Source: Solirubrobacterales bacterium
GTDB lineage: Bacteria; Actinomycetota; Thermoleophilia; Solirubrobacterales; 70-9
Assembly (NCBI GenBank): GCA_035547715.1
Contig: DASZUH010000205.1
Location: forward strand, 1-44,955
Direction of reading: 5' to 3'
DNA: 44,955 bases
Part shown: positions 1-8,390 of the stretch, in pieces
Position numbering within the stretch: the first letter of the stretch is position 1
How the letters are laid out: every line of letters starts with the position of its first letter
Position numbers and translations under genes: made by a program
Notes under the pieces: model-generated
The model's input: the letters and a program-made list of their open reading frames with translations, nothing else
Told to the model about the DNA's origin: nothing
Databases searched by the model: none

Positions 1-325
1 ACAAGCGACGAACGCACCCGAGCGAGGTATGGGGAAGTGGGACGGACCGTGACGTTCCATGGGTCTTCGTCACGGGACCTGCGCCTTCGTGGCCGATCAT
101 GCGCTCCTTCCCCACGACACGCGCACGTCCACCCGCCCCACGTCACGAACCCTCGCACCTCTCCCCACGGACCCGGCCTTCTCGGTGGCGGCCACAACCT
201 GCCAGGGTCGCCACCGAGAAGGCCGGGCGCAACTCGGACGGCCGCCAAGCCCGGGGCCGGCCCCCGTCCCGGGCGCCGGCTTCCGCCGCCGCCGCCCCCG
301 GAATCACCCATCTAGCATCGACGGC

Positions 326-1084
326 GTGAAGCAGGACGAGCGGGCTCCCTTCGTGCGTGCCCTCCGACGTGCCCGGGTCGGGGCGTATCCGCCCGGCGAG
401 TTCATCGAACAGGAGAGCTTCATGAATGCGACCGAAGTCCGCGCGCTGGCCCGGCACGCGGGCATCGGGCCGGGCGTCTCGGTGCTGGACCTCTGCTGTG
501 GAATCGGCGGGCCGGGGCGCTTCATCGCGGGCGAGCTGGGCTGCGATTACCTCGGGGTCGACTACAGCGCCGACGCCATCGCGATCGCCCGTCGGCGCGC
601 CGGCGACCTTCCGTGTCGCTTCGAGGTGGCGCGGATCCCGCCGGTGCCGTCGGGCCCGTTCGACGTGGTCCTCCTGCTCGAGACGTTGCTGGCGTTCGCC
701 GACAAGGAGCGGCTGCTGCGGGAGATCTCCGCCGCGCTCACCCCCGGCGGCCGGTTCGCCTGCACCTTCGAAGCGGGCGACCCCCTGACCGAGGCCGAGC
801 GCGAGCAGATGCCCGACGCCGACACCGTCTGGCTCATCCCGACCGACGAGATGCTCGCCGCCTTGGACCGGGTCGGGCTCGTCGTCCGCCGGCAGGAAGA
901 CGGCACCGAGTCGCACGCCGCGATGGCCGAATCGCTGACCGAGGCGTTCACCGCCGACGCCCCCGCCATCGCCGCGGAGATCGGCGACGAGGCACTGGAG
1001 GATTTGCTGCGCGCCCACCGGCTTTGGAGCGAATGGATGCGGGCCGGGCGCGTGCGCAAGATCGCCCTGGTCGCGGAGAAGTGA
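326..1084 (+). CDS. class I SAM-dependent methyltransferase
   Basis: Lies in the frame of ORF 59..1084. Carries the SAM-binding motif I VLDLCCGIGGPGRF followed by DVVLLLETL. The first ~89 codons of the ORF are Pro/Arg-rich low complexity, so the start is moved to the in-frame GTG at 326. ATG 422 is an alternative start. Confidence 0.75.
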   Translation: MKQDERAPFVRALRRARVGAYPPGEFIEQESFMNATEVRALARHAGIGPGVSVLDLCCGIGGPGRFIAGELGCDYLGVDYSADAIAIARRRAGDLPCRFEVARIPPVPSGPFDVVLLLETLLAFADKERLLREISAALTPGGRFACTFEAGDPLTEAEREQMPDADTVWLIPTDEMLAALDRVGLVVRRQEDGTESHAAMAESLTEAFTADAPAIAAEIGDEALEDLLRAHRLWSEWMRAGRVRKIALVAEK

Positions 1085-1168
1085 CCCCGGAGCGACGCCG
1101 CGGCGACCCGGTATCCCGTCGGACATCCGTTGATCGTTCAGCCGCCGCTCGGTAGGCTGGTCCGCCGT

Positions 1169-1348
1169 ATGAGGCTCCGGGCACTTACCGGTCGGACCGG
1201 AAGGGCCGTGCTCCTGCTGGTCGTCGGAGCCGTGGCCGGCGCGGCTGCGGCGGCCCGAACCTCCGGATCATCGATCCGTCGGCCGGCCAGACCTGCAACG
1301 CGCCCGGTGCCCCCGCCCAGCCCGAGCACGCGCTCAGCTGGAACGTGA
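1169..1348 (+). CDS. short ORF encoding a signal-peptide-like segment; possibly the detached N-terminus of the downstream Hcp-like gene
   Basis: Starts at ATG 1169 inside ORF 1130..1348. MRLRALTGRTGRAVLLLVVGAVAGAAAAA has a basic n-region followed by a hydrophobic h-region. The rest is Pro/Arg/Ser low complexity and the stop overlaps the next start (GTGA at 1345-1348). It is doubtful as an independent gene. Confidence 0.3.
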   Translation: MRLRALTGRTGRAVLLLVVGAVAGAAAAARTSGSSIRRPARPATRPVPPPSPSTRSAGT

Positions 1349-1884
1349 GCGGACCACCCGGCCCCGAAGGCGTCGCCGGATCTCCCGGGGCCGAGGGCGC
1401 GACCGGACCTCAGGGGGCGAGCGGACCCGCCGGGTCGACGGTGTCGATCGGCGGACAGACGTTCACGCTGGGCGACGGAAGGACGCTCACGGCGCCGGCG
1501 AGCCCGATCCCACCGCTGCAGGCGGTGTCCGGCGGACCTTCGGTCGCGACGATGACCCTCGGCAACGGCGGCGGGGCGACCTCGTCGGGCATCCTCGCCT
1601 GGCAGCTCGTCGGCGGATCCAAGGCGGCGCGCGGCATCCAGATCGTCAAGCCGCTGGACAAGGCCTCGCCGATCCTGCAACAGTCCTGCGCCAACGGCAA
1701 GCACATCCCGAAAGCCGTGCTTCATGTGCGCAGGAGCGGCGCCGGCGGCGGCCCGCAGACGATCATCCTCACCAACGCGAGGGTCGACTCCTACGGCACG
1801 GAGAAGGGCAAGGGCGGCACCGGCACGGTGACCGAGACCGTCTCGCTGAGCTTCGGCTCGATCAAGATCGAGGACGCGAGGTAA
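1345..1884 (+). CDS. collagen-like GXY repeat protein with a C-terminal Hcp-like (T6SS tube protein family) domain
   Basis: Nine consecutive GXY triplets (GPPGPEGVAGSPGAEGATGPQGASGPAG). They are followed by ILAWQLVGG...DKASPILQQSCANGKHIPKAVLHVRRSG...VTETVSLSFGSIKIE. From memory this lines up with Hcp1 motifs (IDVLAWSWG, DKSTPNLMMACSSGKHYPQAKLTIRKAG, TENVTLNFAQVQVDY). The frame stays open upstream to 1156 without a start codon. Confidence 0.75.
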   Translation: MSGPPGPEGVAGSPGAEGATGPQGASGPAGSTVSIGGQTFTLGDGRTLTAPASPIPPLQAVSGGPSVATMTLGNGGGATSSGILAWQLVGGSKAARGIQIVKPLDKASPILQQSCANGKHIPKAVLHVRRSGAGGGPQTIILTNARVDSYGTEKGKGGTGTVTETVSLSFGSIKIEDAR

Positions 1885-1932
1885 ATCCTCAGGGTCAGGC
1901 CTACCTGGGGCGGGAGGGCTCCGTCGACCCGC

Positions 1933-3708
1933 TCATACGTCCCGCCTCCGGAACGCCCCGAACGCGCCGGCCACCACCGCGGCGGTGGACCCCAGCATGA
2001 CCCCGAGGCCGGTCCAGGGGTCGAGCAGGTCGGGATCCGGCCGCGTGGTGAGGACGCGGGAACCGGCTTCGGTCGGCCAGTACTTCTTCACCAGGTCGGG
2101 CAGCGGCCGGGGAAGCGCGTCCTTGACCGCCAGGACGATCACGTCGACGCCGAAGAGGGTCGTGACGGCCCCGGCGGAGCTTCGGGTCAGGGTGCCGACC
2201 CCGAGGCCCAGCAGCGTGGCACCGGTGAGGTAGATGCCGCCGCCGACCACGGCGCGGACGGAGGCGGGGTCGGCGAGCGTGTCGTGGCGCACCCCGCGCC
2301 GGGCGAGCATCGCCTGCCCGGTCAGGAACGAGCCGCCGGTGGTGGCGAGCCCGGTCGCGAGGCCGATCCCGGCGGTGGTGAGCGCCTTGGCCGCCAGGAG
2401 CCGGTTGCGGTCCGGGACCGCCGCGAGGCTGGGGGTGATGGTGTCGGTCCCGTACTCGGAGGTGACCGCCAGCGCGCCCATGGCGCCGAGCGAGATCTGG
2501 ACCAGCACGCAGCTTTTCAGGCTCGTTTCGGTGGGATCGAAGGAGCGCCGTTCGTGACGGCTCATCTCGCCCCATCGTTCACCCATCGCGTTGCCGGCCA
2601 GGGCGGCGATCCCGATGCCGGCGACGAGGGAGCCCGCGACGCAGGCGACCTGCGAGCGGCTGGTGCGGAACTTGACCAGCTCCGAGCGGAGGACGTCGAC
2701 GAACGGCGCCGCCCGGACCTGGTCCACGGTGGTCGGGAGCGGGGTCGGGCCCTCGGGTCCGCCGGCGGCGGCCGGCGGCGCGGCGCCGGCCCGGGCGGGG
2801 GCCACGGCGGGCGCCTCGCGACCGGGGCGGGGAGCGGTCAGCTCCATGAACGCGTCCTCCAGCGAGCGTCGCATCACCGTCAGCTCGTGCAGCTCGACCC
2901 CGGCCTTCATCGCCAGTGCCCCGACCGCGGCGCAGTCGAGGCCGGAGACGGCGAAGGAGGTGGCGTCCAGGTCTCGCGACGCGCCGCCGGCCGCCGTGAC
3001 GACGCGGCGCAGCGCCTCCGGGTCGGGAGTGCGGACCCGGACCTCCTCGTGCTCGTGCTCACGCTGGAACTCCTCGATCCCGCTGTCGACCAGGAGCCGG
3101 CCTTCGCCGATGATCAGGAGGTGGTCGGCGGTGACCGCGATCTCCGACATCAGGTGGCTCGACATCAGGATCGCCCTGCCTTCCGCGGCCATCGCGCGGA
3201 TCAGGCCGCGGAACCAGATGATGCCCTCGGGGTCCAGTCCGTTGAGGGGCTCGTCCAGCACGAGCGTCGGCGGATCGCCGAGCAGGGCCGCGGCCAGCCC
3301 GAGACGCTGCAGCATGCCGAGCGAGAGCGTGCCCGCCGGTCGCGAGCCGAGGCTCGCCAGGCCGACCGACTCCAGCACCGCGGACACGCGACGGCGGTCG
3401 ATCCCGTTGCTGGACGCCAGGGCCAGCAGATGCTGGGCGGCGGTGCGCCCCGGGCTCACGGCCCGCGCGTCGAGCAGCGCGCCGACGTGGCGCAGCGGTG
3501 AGGCGAGCTCGGCGTAGGGCCGGCCGTCGACCGTGACCGTCCCGGCGCTCGGCCGCTCGAGCCCGAGCGCCATCCGCAGCGTCGTCGTCTTGCCGGCGCC
3601 GTTGCGCCCCAGGAATCCCGTCACCTCGCCGGGCCGGACCGAGAAGCTCAGCCCGTCGACCGCCAGGACCTCGCCGAAGTGCTTGGTCAGTCCCCGCGCC
3701 TCGATCAT
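1933..3708 (-). CDS. ABC transporter, ATP-binding domain fused to an ABC-2-type permease domain
   Basis: Begins MIEARGLTKHFG at ATG 3708. Shows Walker A GRNGAGKTT, signature LSLGMLQRL and Walker B LVLDEPLNGLD. An Ala/Pro linker then leads into a multi-TM C-terminal half with no intervening stop. The 1195-aa ORF-track extension upstream of 3708 reads through the MFS gene in another frame and is rejected. Confidence 0.85.
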   Translation of the reverse strand: MIEARGLTKHFGEVLAVDGLSFSVRPGEVTGFLGRNGAGKTTTLRMALGLERPSAGTVTVDGRPYAELASPLRHVGALLDARAVSPGRTAAQHLLALASSNGIDRRRVSAVLESVGLASLGSRPAGTLSLGMLQRLGLAAALLGDPPTLVLDEPLNGLDPEGIIWFRGLIRAMAAEGRAILMSSHLMSEIAVTADHLLIIGEGRLLVDSGIEEFQREHEHEEVRVRTPDPEALRRVVTAAGGASRDLDATSFAVSGLDCAAVGALAMKAGVELHELTVMRRSLEDAFMELTAPRPGREAPAVAPARAGAAPPAAAGGPEGPTPLPTTVDQVRAAPFVDVLRSELVKFRTSRSQVACVAGSLVAGIGIAALAGNAMGERWGEMSRHERRSFDPTETSLKSCVLVQISLGAMGALAVTSEYGTDTITPSLAAVPDRNRLLAAKALTTAGIGLATGLATTGGSFLTGQAMLARRGVRHDTLADPASVRAVVGGGIYLTGATLLGLGVGTLTRSSAGAVTTLFGVDVIVLAVKDALPRPLPDLVKKYWPTEAGSRVLTTRPDPDLLDPWTGLGVMLGSTAAVVAGAFGAFRRRDV

Positions 3709-5153
3709 GCGGGGACCGCCCCGGGTTCGCCGGCGGGGGTTTCGGGCGCGGCGCGGTCGCGGCCGGGCAGCGCGAGGGCGGGGATGATCGCGACGACGGT
3801 GAGGCCGAGCGCCCACCAGAAGGCGGTGCCGAACGCGTCGGCCTGGGCCGGGAGGCCGGTGGCGTGGTGGGCCTTGATCTGGGTCGAGAGGATCATCGCC
3901 AGGATCGCGGTGCCGAAGGCGCCGCCGACCTGCAGGGCGATCCGGGTGACGCTGCTCGCGTGCGGCACCTGCTCGGGCCGCAGCCCCAGGTAGGCGGTGG
4001 CCATGACGGGGATCGTGATGGCGCCGAGGCCGGCGCCCCGTACGACGAGGCTCGCGCCGAGGAGGATCTCGCTGGTGTGGACGCCGACCTGCGTGTAGGC
4101 GACGGTACCGATCGCGGTCAGCGCGATGCCGACGAGCACGATCGGGCGCCCGCCGATCCGGTCGGTGAGCTTGCCCGACTGGGTCCTCGTGAGCAGGATC
4201 CCGAGGCCCTGCGGCGCCAGCAGGAGGCCGGCCTGGAGCGCGCTCTGGCCGCGGATCTGCTGGTAGTAGAGCGGCAGGAGCAGGAGCGCACCGAAGCTGC
4301 CGAAACCGGCGATGAACATCAGCACGGTCGCGGCCGAGAAGGAGCGCACCTTGAACAGGCGCAGGTCCACCAGCGGCGGCCGGTCGGTGCGCAGCGCGTG
4401 CGTCACGAAGGCGGCGAGCAGGCCGACGCCGAGGACGAGCGGCACGATCACGACGGGGTGGCCGAAGCCCCCCTCGATGCCGACCTCGGTGGCGGCGAAG
4501 AGGATCAGGGCGAGCGCGGGTGAGAGCAGGAACAGGCCGATCAGGTCGAGGTAGGCCCCCTTGCGCGGCGCGCTCGACTTCAGGCCGCGCCAGGCCAGGA
4601 CCAGACCGGTGATCGAGAACGGCACGTTGACCCAGAAGATCCAGCGCCAGGAGAGGTGGCTGACGATCAGGCCGCCGACGACCGGTCCGACGATCGGCCC
4701 GAACAGCGTGGGAAGGCTGATCAGGGCCATGATCCGACCGAGCTTGCGTCCCCCGGCCGCTTCGACCAGCAGGTTCTGGAGGATCGGCAGCATGAGGCCG
4801 CCGCCGAGGCCCTGCAATACCCGAAAGGCGATCAGCGAGCCGATGTCCCAGGCCAGGCTGGAGAGGATCGAGCCGAACATGAAGAGCGCCAGGGCGCCGA
4901 TCCAGACCCGCTTGGCGCCGAAGCGCTCGCTCGCCCAGCCGGCGACCGGGACGACCATCCCGAGCGCCAGCACGTAGCCGCTGATCGTCCACTGGGCGCT
5001 CGACACCGAGGTGTGCAGGCCGCGCGCCAGGGTGTCGATCGCGACGTTGACGATGGTCGAGTCGAACACGACCATCGTCACGCCGACCAACAGGACCACG
5101 GCAAGCTTGATGAACGCCGGATCGAGCTTTTCGCTGTCTTTTGACTCGGTCAT
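3705..5153 (-). CDS. MFS transporter, DHA2 (EmrB/QacA-like, 14-TMS) drug efflux family
   Basis: Has FDSTIVNVAI...LGMVVPVAGWASERFGAKRVW...RVLQGLGGG and many TM segments. Start chosen at ATG 5153 (MTESKD), preceded by GGAGG. The stop overlaps the ABC start as ATGA (3705-3708). Confidence 0.9.
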   Translation of the reverse strand: MTESKDSEKLDPAFIKLAVVLLVGVTMVVFDSTIVNVAIDTLARGLHTSVSSAQWTISGYVLALGMVVPVAGWASERFGAKRVWIGALALFMFGSILSSLAWDIGSLIAFRVLQGLGGGLMLPILQNLLVEAAGGRKLGRIMALISLPTLFGPIVGPVVGGLIVSHLSWRWIFWVNVPFSITGLVLAWRGLKSSAPRKGAYLDLIGLFLLSPALALILFAATEVGIEGGFGHPVVIVPLVLGVGLLAAFVTHALRTDRPPLVDLRLFKVRSFSAATVLMFIAGFGSFGALLLLPLYYQQIRGQSALQAGLLLAPQGLGILLTRTQSGKLTDRIGGRPIVLVGIALTAIGTVAYTQVGVHTSEILLGASLVVRGAGLGAITIPVMATAYLGLRPEQVPHASSVTRIALQVGGAFGTAILAMILSTQIKAHHATGLPAQADAFGTAFWWALGLTVVAIIPALALPGRDRAAPETPAGEPGAVPA

Positions 5154-5205
5154 GCGCCTCCGGCACATAAGAAACGGAAATGACTCTTAGCGTCGCCACG
5201 GTATC

Positions 5206-5868
5206 GTGATGGCGGAGGAGACGCAAGTGACTCTTGGGTCGGCAAGAAAGAAAGGTCCGGCGACGCGACGACGGGGGGCCGAGCTGGAGGCCGCCCTGTT
5301 GGACGCCGCCTGGGGCGAGCTGACCGAGGTCGGCTACGGCGCCTTCACGATGGAGGGCGTCGCCGCCCGGGCCAAGACCGGTCGGGCGGTGCTCTACCGG
5401 CGTTGGCCGAACCGCGGCGAGCTCGCCCTCGCCGCGATCCAGCATCGGACCGGCCTGGCGACCGTCGAGGTTCCCGACACCGGCACCCTGCGGGGGGACG
5501 TCCTCGCGCTGCTGCGGCATCTCGCCGCGCGGGGCGGCGAGGTCGCCGGCCTGTTCAGCTTCCTCCTCGCCGACTACTTCGAGCAGACGGGCCTCTCCCT
5601 CGCCGAACTGCGGGAGCGGGTGCTCGCCGGACGGCCGAGCGCGATGCAGACCGTCCTCGATCGCGCCGTCGATCGCGGCGAGATCGACCCCGATCGCCTC
5701 AGCCCCCGCATCGCCTCACTCCCGGCCGACCTCGTGCGTCACGACCTGATCATGCACCGCGCGCCGCCGCGCGACGAGGCCCTGGTCGAGATCGTCGACG
5801 CCATCTTCCTGCCGCTCGTCACCGGCGCCCCCGACCCAGCCGACCGCGGTAATCGCGGGAAGCGGTGA
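5206..5868 (+). CDS. TetR/AcrR family transcriptional regulator
   Basis: N-terminal HTH LLDAAWGELTEVGYGAFTMEGVAARAKTGRAVLYRRWPNRGEL. Divergent from the MFS/ABC genes. Start is ambiguous among GTG 5206, ATG 5209 and GTG 5227; the last is preceded by GGAGGAG. Confidence 0.9.
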   Translation: MMAEETQVTLGSARKKGPATRRRGAELEAALLDAAWGELTEVGYGAFTMEGVAARAKTGRAVLYRRWPNRGELALAAIQHRTGLATVEVPDTGTLRGDVLALLRHLAARGGEVAGLFSFLLADYFEQTGLSLAELRERVLAGRPSAMQTVLDRAVDRGEIDPDRLSPRIASLPADLVRHDLIMHRAPPRDEALVEIVDAIFLPLVTGAPDPADRGNRGKR

Positions 5869-6300
5869 GGCGCTCTCTGGTTCAAACCAATGGGTTTGAA
5901 TGGGCACGGCTGCCTGCGTCAGGGCACGTTCGGGGGTGTTTGCAACCCTGAATCTCCCCACGGGACTCGTCGGCGACCTCCACCGGACGCCCTCCCGATC
6001 CAGCCTGGTGACCGTTTCGGGCTTCTCCAGACCATGCCCGCTCGGCAGGGCTCCACTCGCCTTCGGTGATCTCTTCTCCCAGCACGGGGTCGAGCATCGC
6101 TGCGGCCTCCCGGTGTCCTGCGGCGAGGTCCGTCGGGATCCCGACCGGCTCGATCCCGCTGGACCGCAGACGCGGAAGGAAACTGCCCACGGGCCGAGAT
6201 CGAACTCGAACGGATCCTCGAGAAGATCAGGCGAGGGACCCGGACCCCGCCGGAGGAGATGGCAAAGACGGTACCGCCGTCGACTACAAACGGCATCTCA

Positions 6301-6334
6301 CCGTCACCACCTCCGCGAGCGGAGGTGGTGACGG
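6301..6334 (-). terminator. intrinsic-terminator-like hairpin downstream of cbtA
   Basis: Perfect 16-nt inverted repeat CCGTCACCACCTCCGC / GCGGAGGTGGTGACGG separated by 2 nt. It begins 17 nt past the cbtA stop. On the minus strand it is followed by only a weak T-containing tract (GCCGTTTGT). Confidence 0.55.
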
Positions 6335-6350
6335 TTGCGGAATCGTCGGG

Positions 6351-7226
6351 TCAGACGAGACCCGGTGACGAAATCTCCTGGGCGGTCCTGGGTGAGCCCA
6401 GGCTGGGCGCGGGCGCAAGCATCCGCTCCACCAGCCATCCGAAGGTCAGCCCGATCGTGCCCCAGAGAATGACCTGATTGATGACCGAATAGAGGCGGAA
6501 CTTGAACAGCGTGTCGGCGGGGAAACCCGGGTAGACGATGTTGCCGTTGGCGTCACGAAGTGGAAGTGGCGTCTCGGTCACATGACGGCCATATTCGACC
6601 ACGTTGGCGTGCAGGTGGCCGAGCGGAGGGAGGATCGCCATGACCACGGCCATGACGACGGCATATCCCGCGCCGCACCAAAGCGTCGCGTTCCAGGCAC
6701 CGAGTCTCGGCATCAGCTTGCGCGCCGCGATGACCGCGCCGATCAGGAGGGTGACCGAGAGGACCACCATGATCACGTAGAGCAAAGTGCGATCGCCGAT
6801 CGTATTTTCGTGCCCGATCGCCGGCGGGTTCGCTGGATACTTGAGAAACGGCACGAGATAGAGGCCGAGGAAGGCGGCGCCGGCGATGGCCAGAGCGAGG
6901 ACACGAGGGCGCAGGGTCGTCCGCGTGCGTCGCTGGACGAGGATGTAGGTGACGGCGAAGAGGCCGCCCATCGCCGCCCCGAACAGGATCAGCCCGACGC
7001 CGATGCCGACGTTGCGCTGGATGCCGCGGCTGAATATGTCCGGCCCGGCCGGCTCCAGGGCGAGCCCGGCGGCCTTCCGCAGGGCGTCCTGTGCGGCATC
7101 GCGTCCACTCTCGTAATTGATCGCCTGCTGGATGATCGGCTCGGCCATGATGCGCGCGAAGATGAAGGCGAACAGGCCGGCGAGTGCGCCCGCGCCGAAT
7201 CCGCGCAGGATGAATCTCTTCTCCAT
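6351..7226 (-). CDS. cbtA: cobalt transporter subunit CbtA
   Basis: Multi-TM protein MEKRFILRGFGAGALAGLFAFIFARIMAEPIIQQAINYE typical of the CbtA family. Sits immediately downstream of cbtB and behind a B12 riboswitch. Confidence 0.85.
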   Translation of the reverse strand: MEKRFILRGFGAGALAGLFAFIFARIMAEPIIQQAINYESGRDAAQDALRKAAGLALEPAGPDIFSRGIQRNVGIGVGLILFGAAMGGLFAVTYILVQRRTRTTLRPRVLALAIAGAAFLGLYLVPFLKYPANPPAIGHENTIGDRTLLYVIMVVLSVTLLIGAVIAARKLMPRLGAWNATLWCGAGYAVVMAVVMAILPPLGHLHANVVEYGRHVTETPLPLRDANGNIVYPGFPADTLFKFRLYSVINQVILWGTIGLTFGWLVERMLAPAPSLGSPRTAQEISSPGLV

Positions 7227-7241
7227 GTCGGCAGCTCCCGC

Positions 7242-7475
7242 TCAGTGGCAGGGGAAGCCGAGGAAGTGGCGGGCGTCATGCACGAACTCATGGATGTGCA
7301 TGTCGTTGCCGAACACCGACGTCGCTCCCTGGTCCATGCCGATGAAGTAGTAGAGCAACAGGGATACGAGCACCGTGCCGATCATCCACCGGGCACCGCC
7401 GGACAGCGGGATGGAGATCGATTCAGGCGTGCCGGTCGCGGGGGGTGCATAACCGGAGCCGGGAGATGCCTTCAT
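7242..7475 (-). CDS. cbtB: cobalt transporter subunit CbtB
   Basis: 77 aa with one TM segment and the C-terminal signature HEFVHDARHFLGFPCH. Strong RBS AAGGAGG 6 nt upstream of ATG 7475. Confidence 0.85.
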   Translation of the reverse strand: MKASPGSGYAPPATGTPESISIPLSGGARWMIGTVLVSLLLYYFIGMDQGATSVFGNDMHIHEFVHDARHFLGFPCH

Positions 7476-7499
7476 GACTGCCTCCTTCGAGATCGTGCG

Positions 7500-7640
7500 T
7501 CTCGGTCGTGGGTCTGTGTTGCTTGCCGAGTGTCTGACTTACGGGCTTTCCCGAAGGAGCTCCCGATCACAGTGGCGCGACCGTCCCGGACTTTCACCGG
7601 ACTTCCTCAAACAAGCGTCGACATCGTAGCCACCCCGAAG
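7500..7640 (-). promoter_or_regulatory. cobalamin (B12) riboswitch controlling cbtBA
   Basis: The minus strand reads GAGGAAGTCCGGTGAAAGTCCGGGACGGTCGCGCCACTGTGATCGGGAGC...AAGTCAGACAC. This gives the conserved GGTGAAA..CC, GCCACTG and B12-box-like AGTCAGACAC elements. Boundaries are approximate. Confidence 0.8.
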
Positions 7641-7643
7641 CGG

Positions 7644-8390
7644 CTACGCCAGACCGAGGAGCAAGACGACCACCACCGCCTCCGTCAAGGCCACGGTGGC
7701 GCCGAGCGTGTCACCGGTGCGACCGCCTACTCCTCGGCGCGCCGACCAGGTGACGAGCGCCGCCACGATCGCCCCGGCTCCCAATGCCGCCAGACCCGGA
7801 CCGACGCCGCCCGCGACCAGCGCGGCGGCCACGGCCAACGCCGTCCCGATGGCCAGCCCGGCCCTCGAGACCTCGAACCCGGCCCCGAGCCCCTCACGCC
7901 GAGCGGGCGAGGCGCCCACCGCGTGGAGTAGGGAGGACCAACGGCCGACCGCGGCGGCGACGAGCAGCGCGTCGAAGGCGCCGCCGCGGTCGAGCCCGGC
8001 GACTCCCGCGACGACCAGTGCCAGCCAGAGCGCGAGCGCAAGGGTCCCGAAGGTGCCGATCATGGAGTCGCGCATCACCGCCAAGCGTCGCTCGGCGCCG
8101 CCGCGGGCGCCAAACCCGTCGGCACAGTCGGCGAGGCCGTCGAGGTGCAGCGCCCCGGTCAGGGCGACGAGGACGACGACCGCGAGAACGGCCGCGACCG
8201 TCGGGCCGAACGTCGGCGCGGCGACGTAGGCGATGGCGCCGGCGACGGCCCCCAGCGCGGCGCCGACCGCCGGAAACCAGGGGGCCGCGGCGCCGAGCGG
8301 AAGTGCCGCGCGCAGGCGTACCGGCACGATGGTGAGGAACGCGAGCGCAAGCAGCAGGCCGTCGAGCGAGCGCCGGACGGAGTCAGGAAT
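7644..8390 (-). CDS. cobS: adenosylcobinamide-GDP ribazoletransferase (cobalamin synthase)
   Basis: LLLALAFLTIVPV...ALTGALHLDGLADCADGFG...RDSMIGTFG...GGRTGDTLGA match CobS motifs. The stop at 7644 is secure. The start is unresolved: no in-frame ATG/GTG/TTG lies between about 8470 and the GTG at 8327, which sits inside the conserved FLTIVP motif. In-frame ATT 8390 and CTG 8357/8354 are the only nearby options. Confidence 0.75.
   Translation of the reverse strand: MPDSVRRSLDGLLLALAFLTIVPVRLRAALPLGAAAPWFPAVGAALGAVAGAIAYVAAPTFGPTVAAVLAVVVLVALTGALHLDGLADCADGFGARGGAERRLAVMRDSMIGTFGTLALALWLALVVAGVAGLDRGGAFDALLVAAAVGRWSSLLHAVGASPARREGLGAGFEVSRAGLAIGTALAVAAALVAGGVGPGLAALGAGAIVAALVTWSARRGVGGRTGDTLGATVALTEAVVVVLLLGLA

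Noticed and set aside
1-100. Minus-strand ATG at 100, preceded by GGAAGGAG, with a frame that stays open to the left window edge (MIGHEGAGPVTKTHG...).
   Set aside because: Only 33 codons are visible and there is no recognisable motif. A good RBS alone is insufficient, so a real gene start may have been missed here.
143-1126. 327-aa minus-strand ORF antisense to the methyltransferase.
   Set aside because: It is a typical high-G+C antisense open frame (Gly/Arg/Pro-rich, no motifs). The sense strand carries a clear SAM-binding motif.
3709-5520. Upstream 604-codon extension of the 1195-aa minus-strand ORF (1933..5520).
   Set aside because: This part is Arg/Pro/Gly-rich low complexity and runs in an alternative frame across the well-supported MFS gene. 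The ABC protein has a canonical N-terminus (MIEARGLTKHFG) at ATG 3708, coupled by ATGA to the MFS stop.
5869-6300. 430-bp gap between the TetR gene and the cbtA terminator. It has protein-like fragments in two minus-strand frames (MPFVVDGGTVFAISSGG...; ...GIEPVGIPTDLAAGHREAAAMLDPVLGEEITEGEW...). It also has an 8-bp stem palindrome TTCAAACC-AATG-GGTTTGAA at 5881-5900.
   Set aside because: It may be a frameshifted gene relic, but I cannot assign a family or a continuous frame. The palindrome is short, lacks a T-tract and has no second copy. This is not enough to call a pseudogene, terminator or operator.
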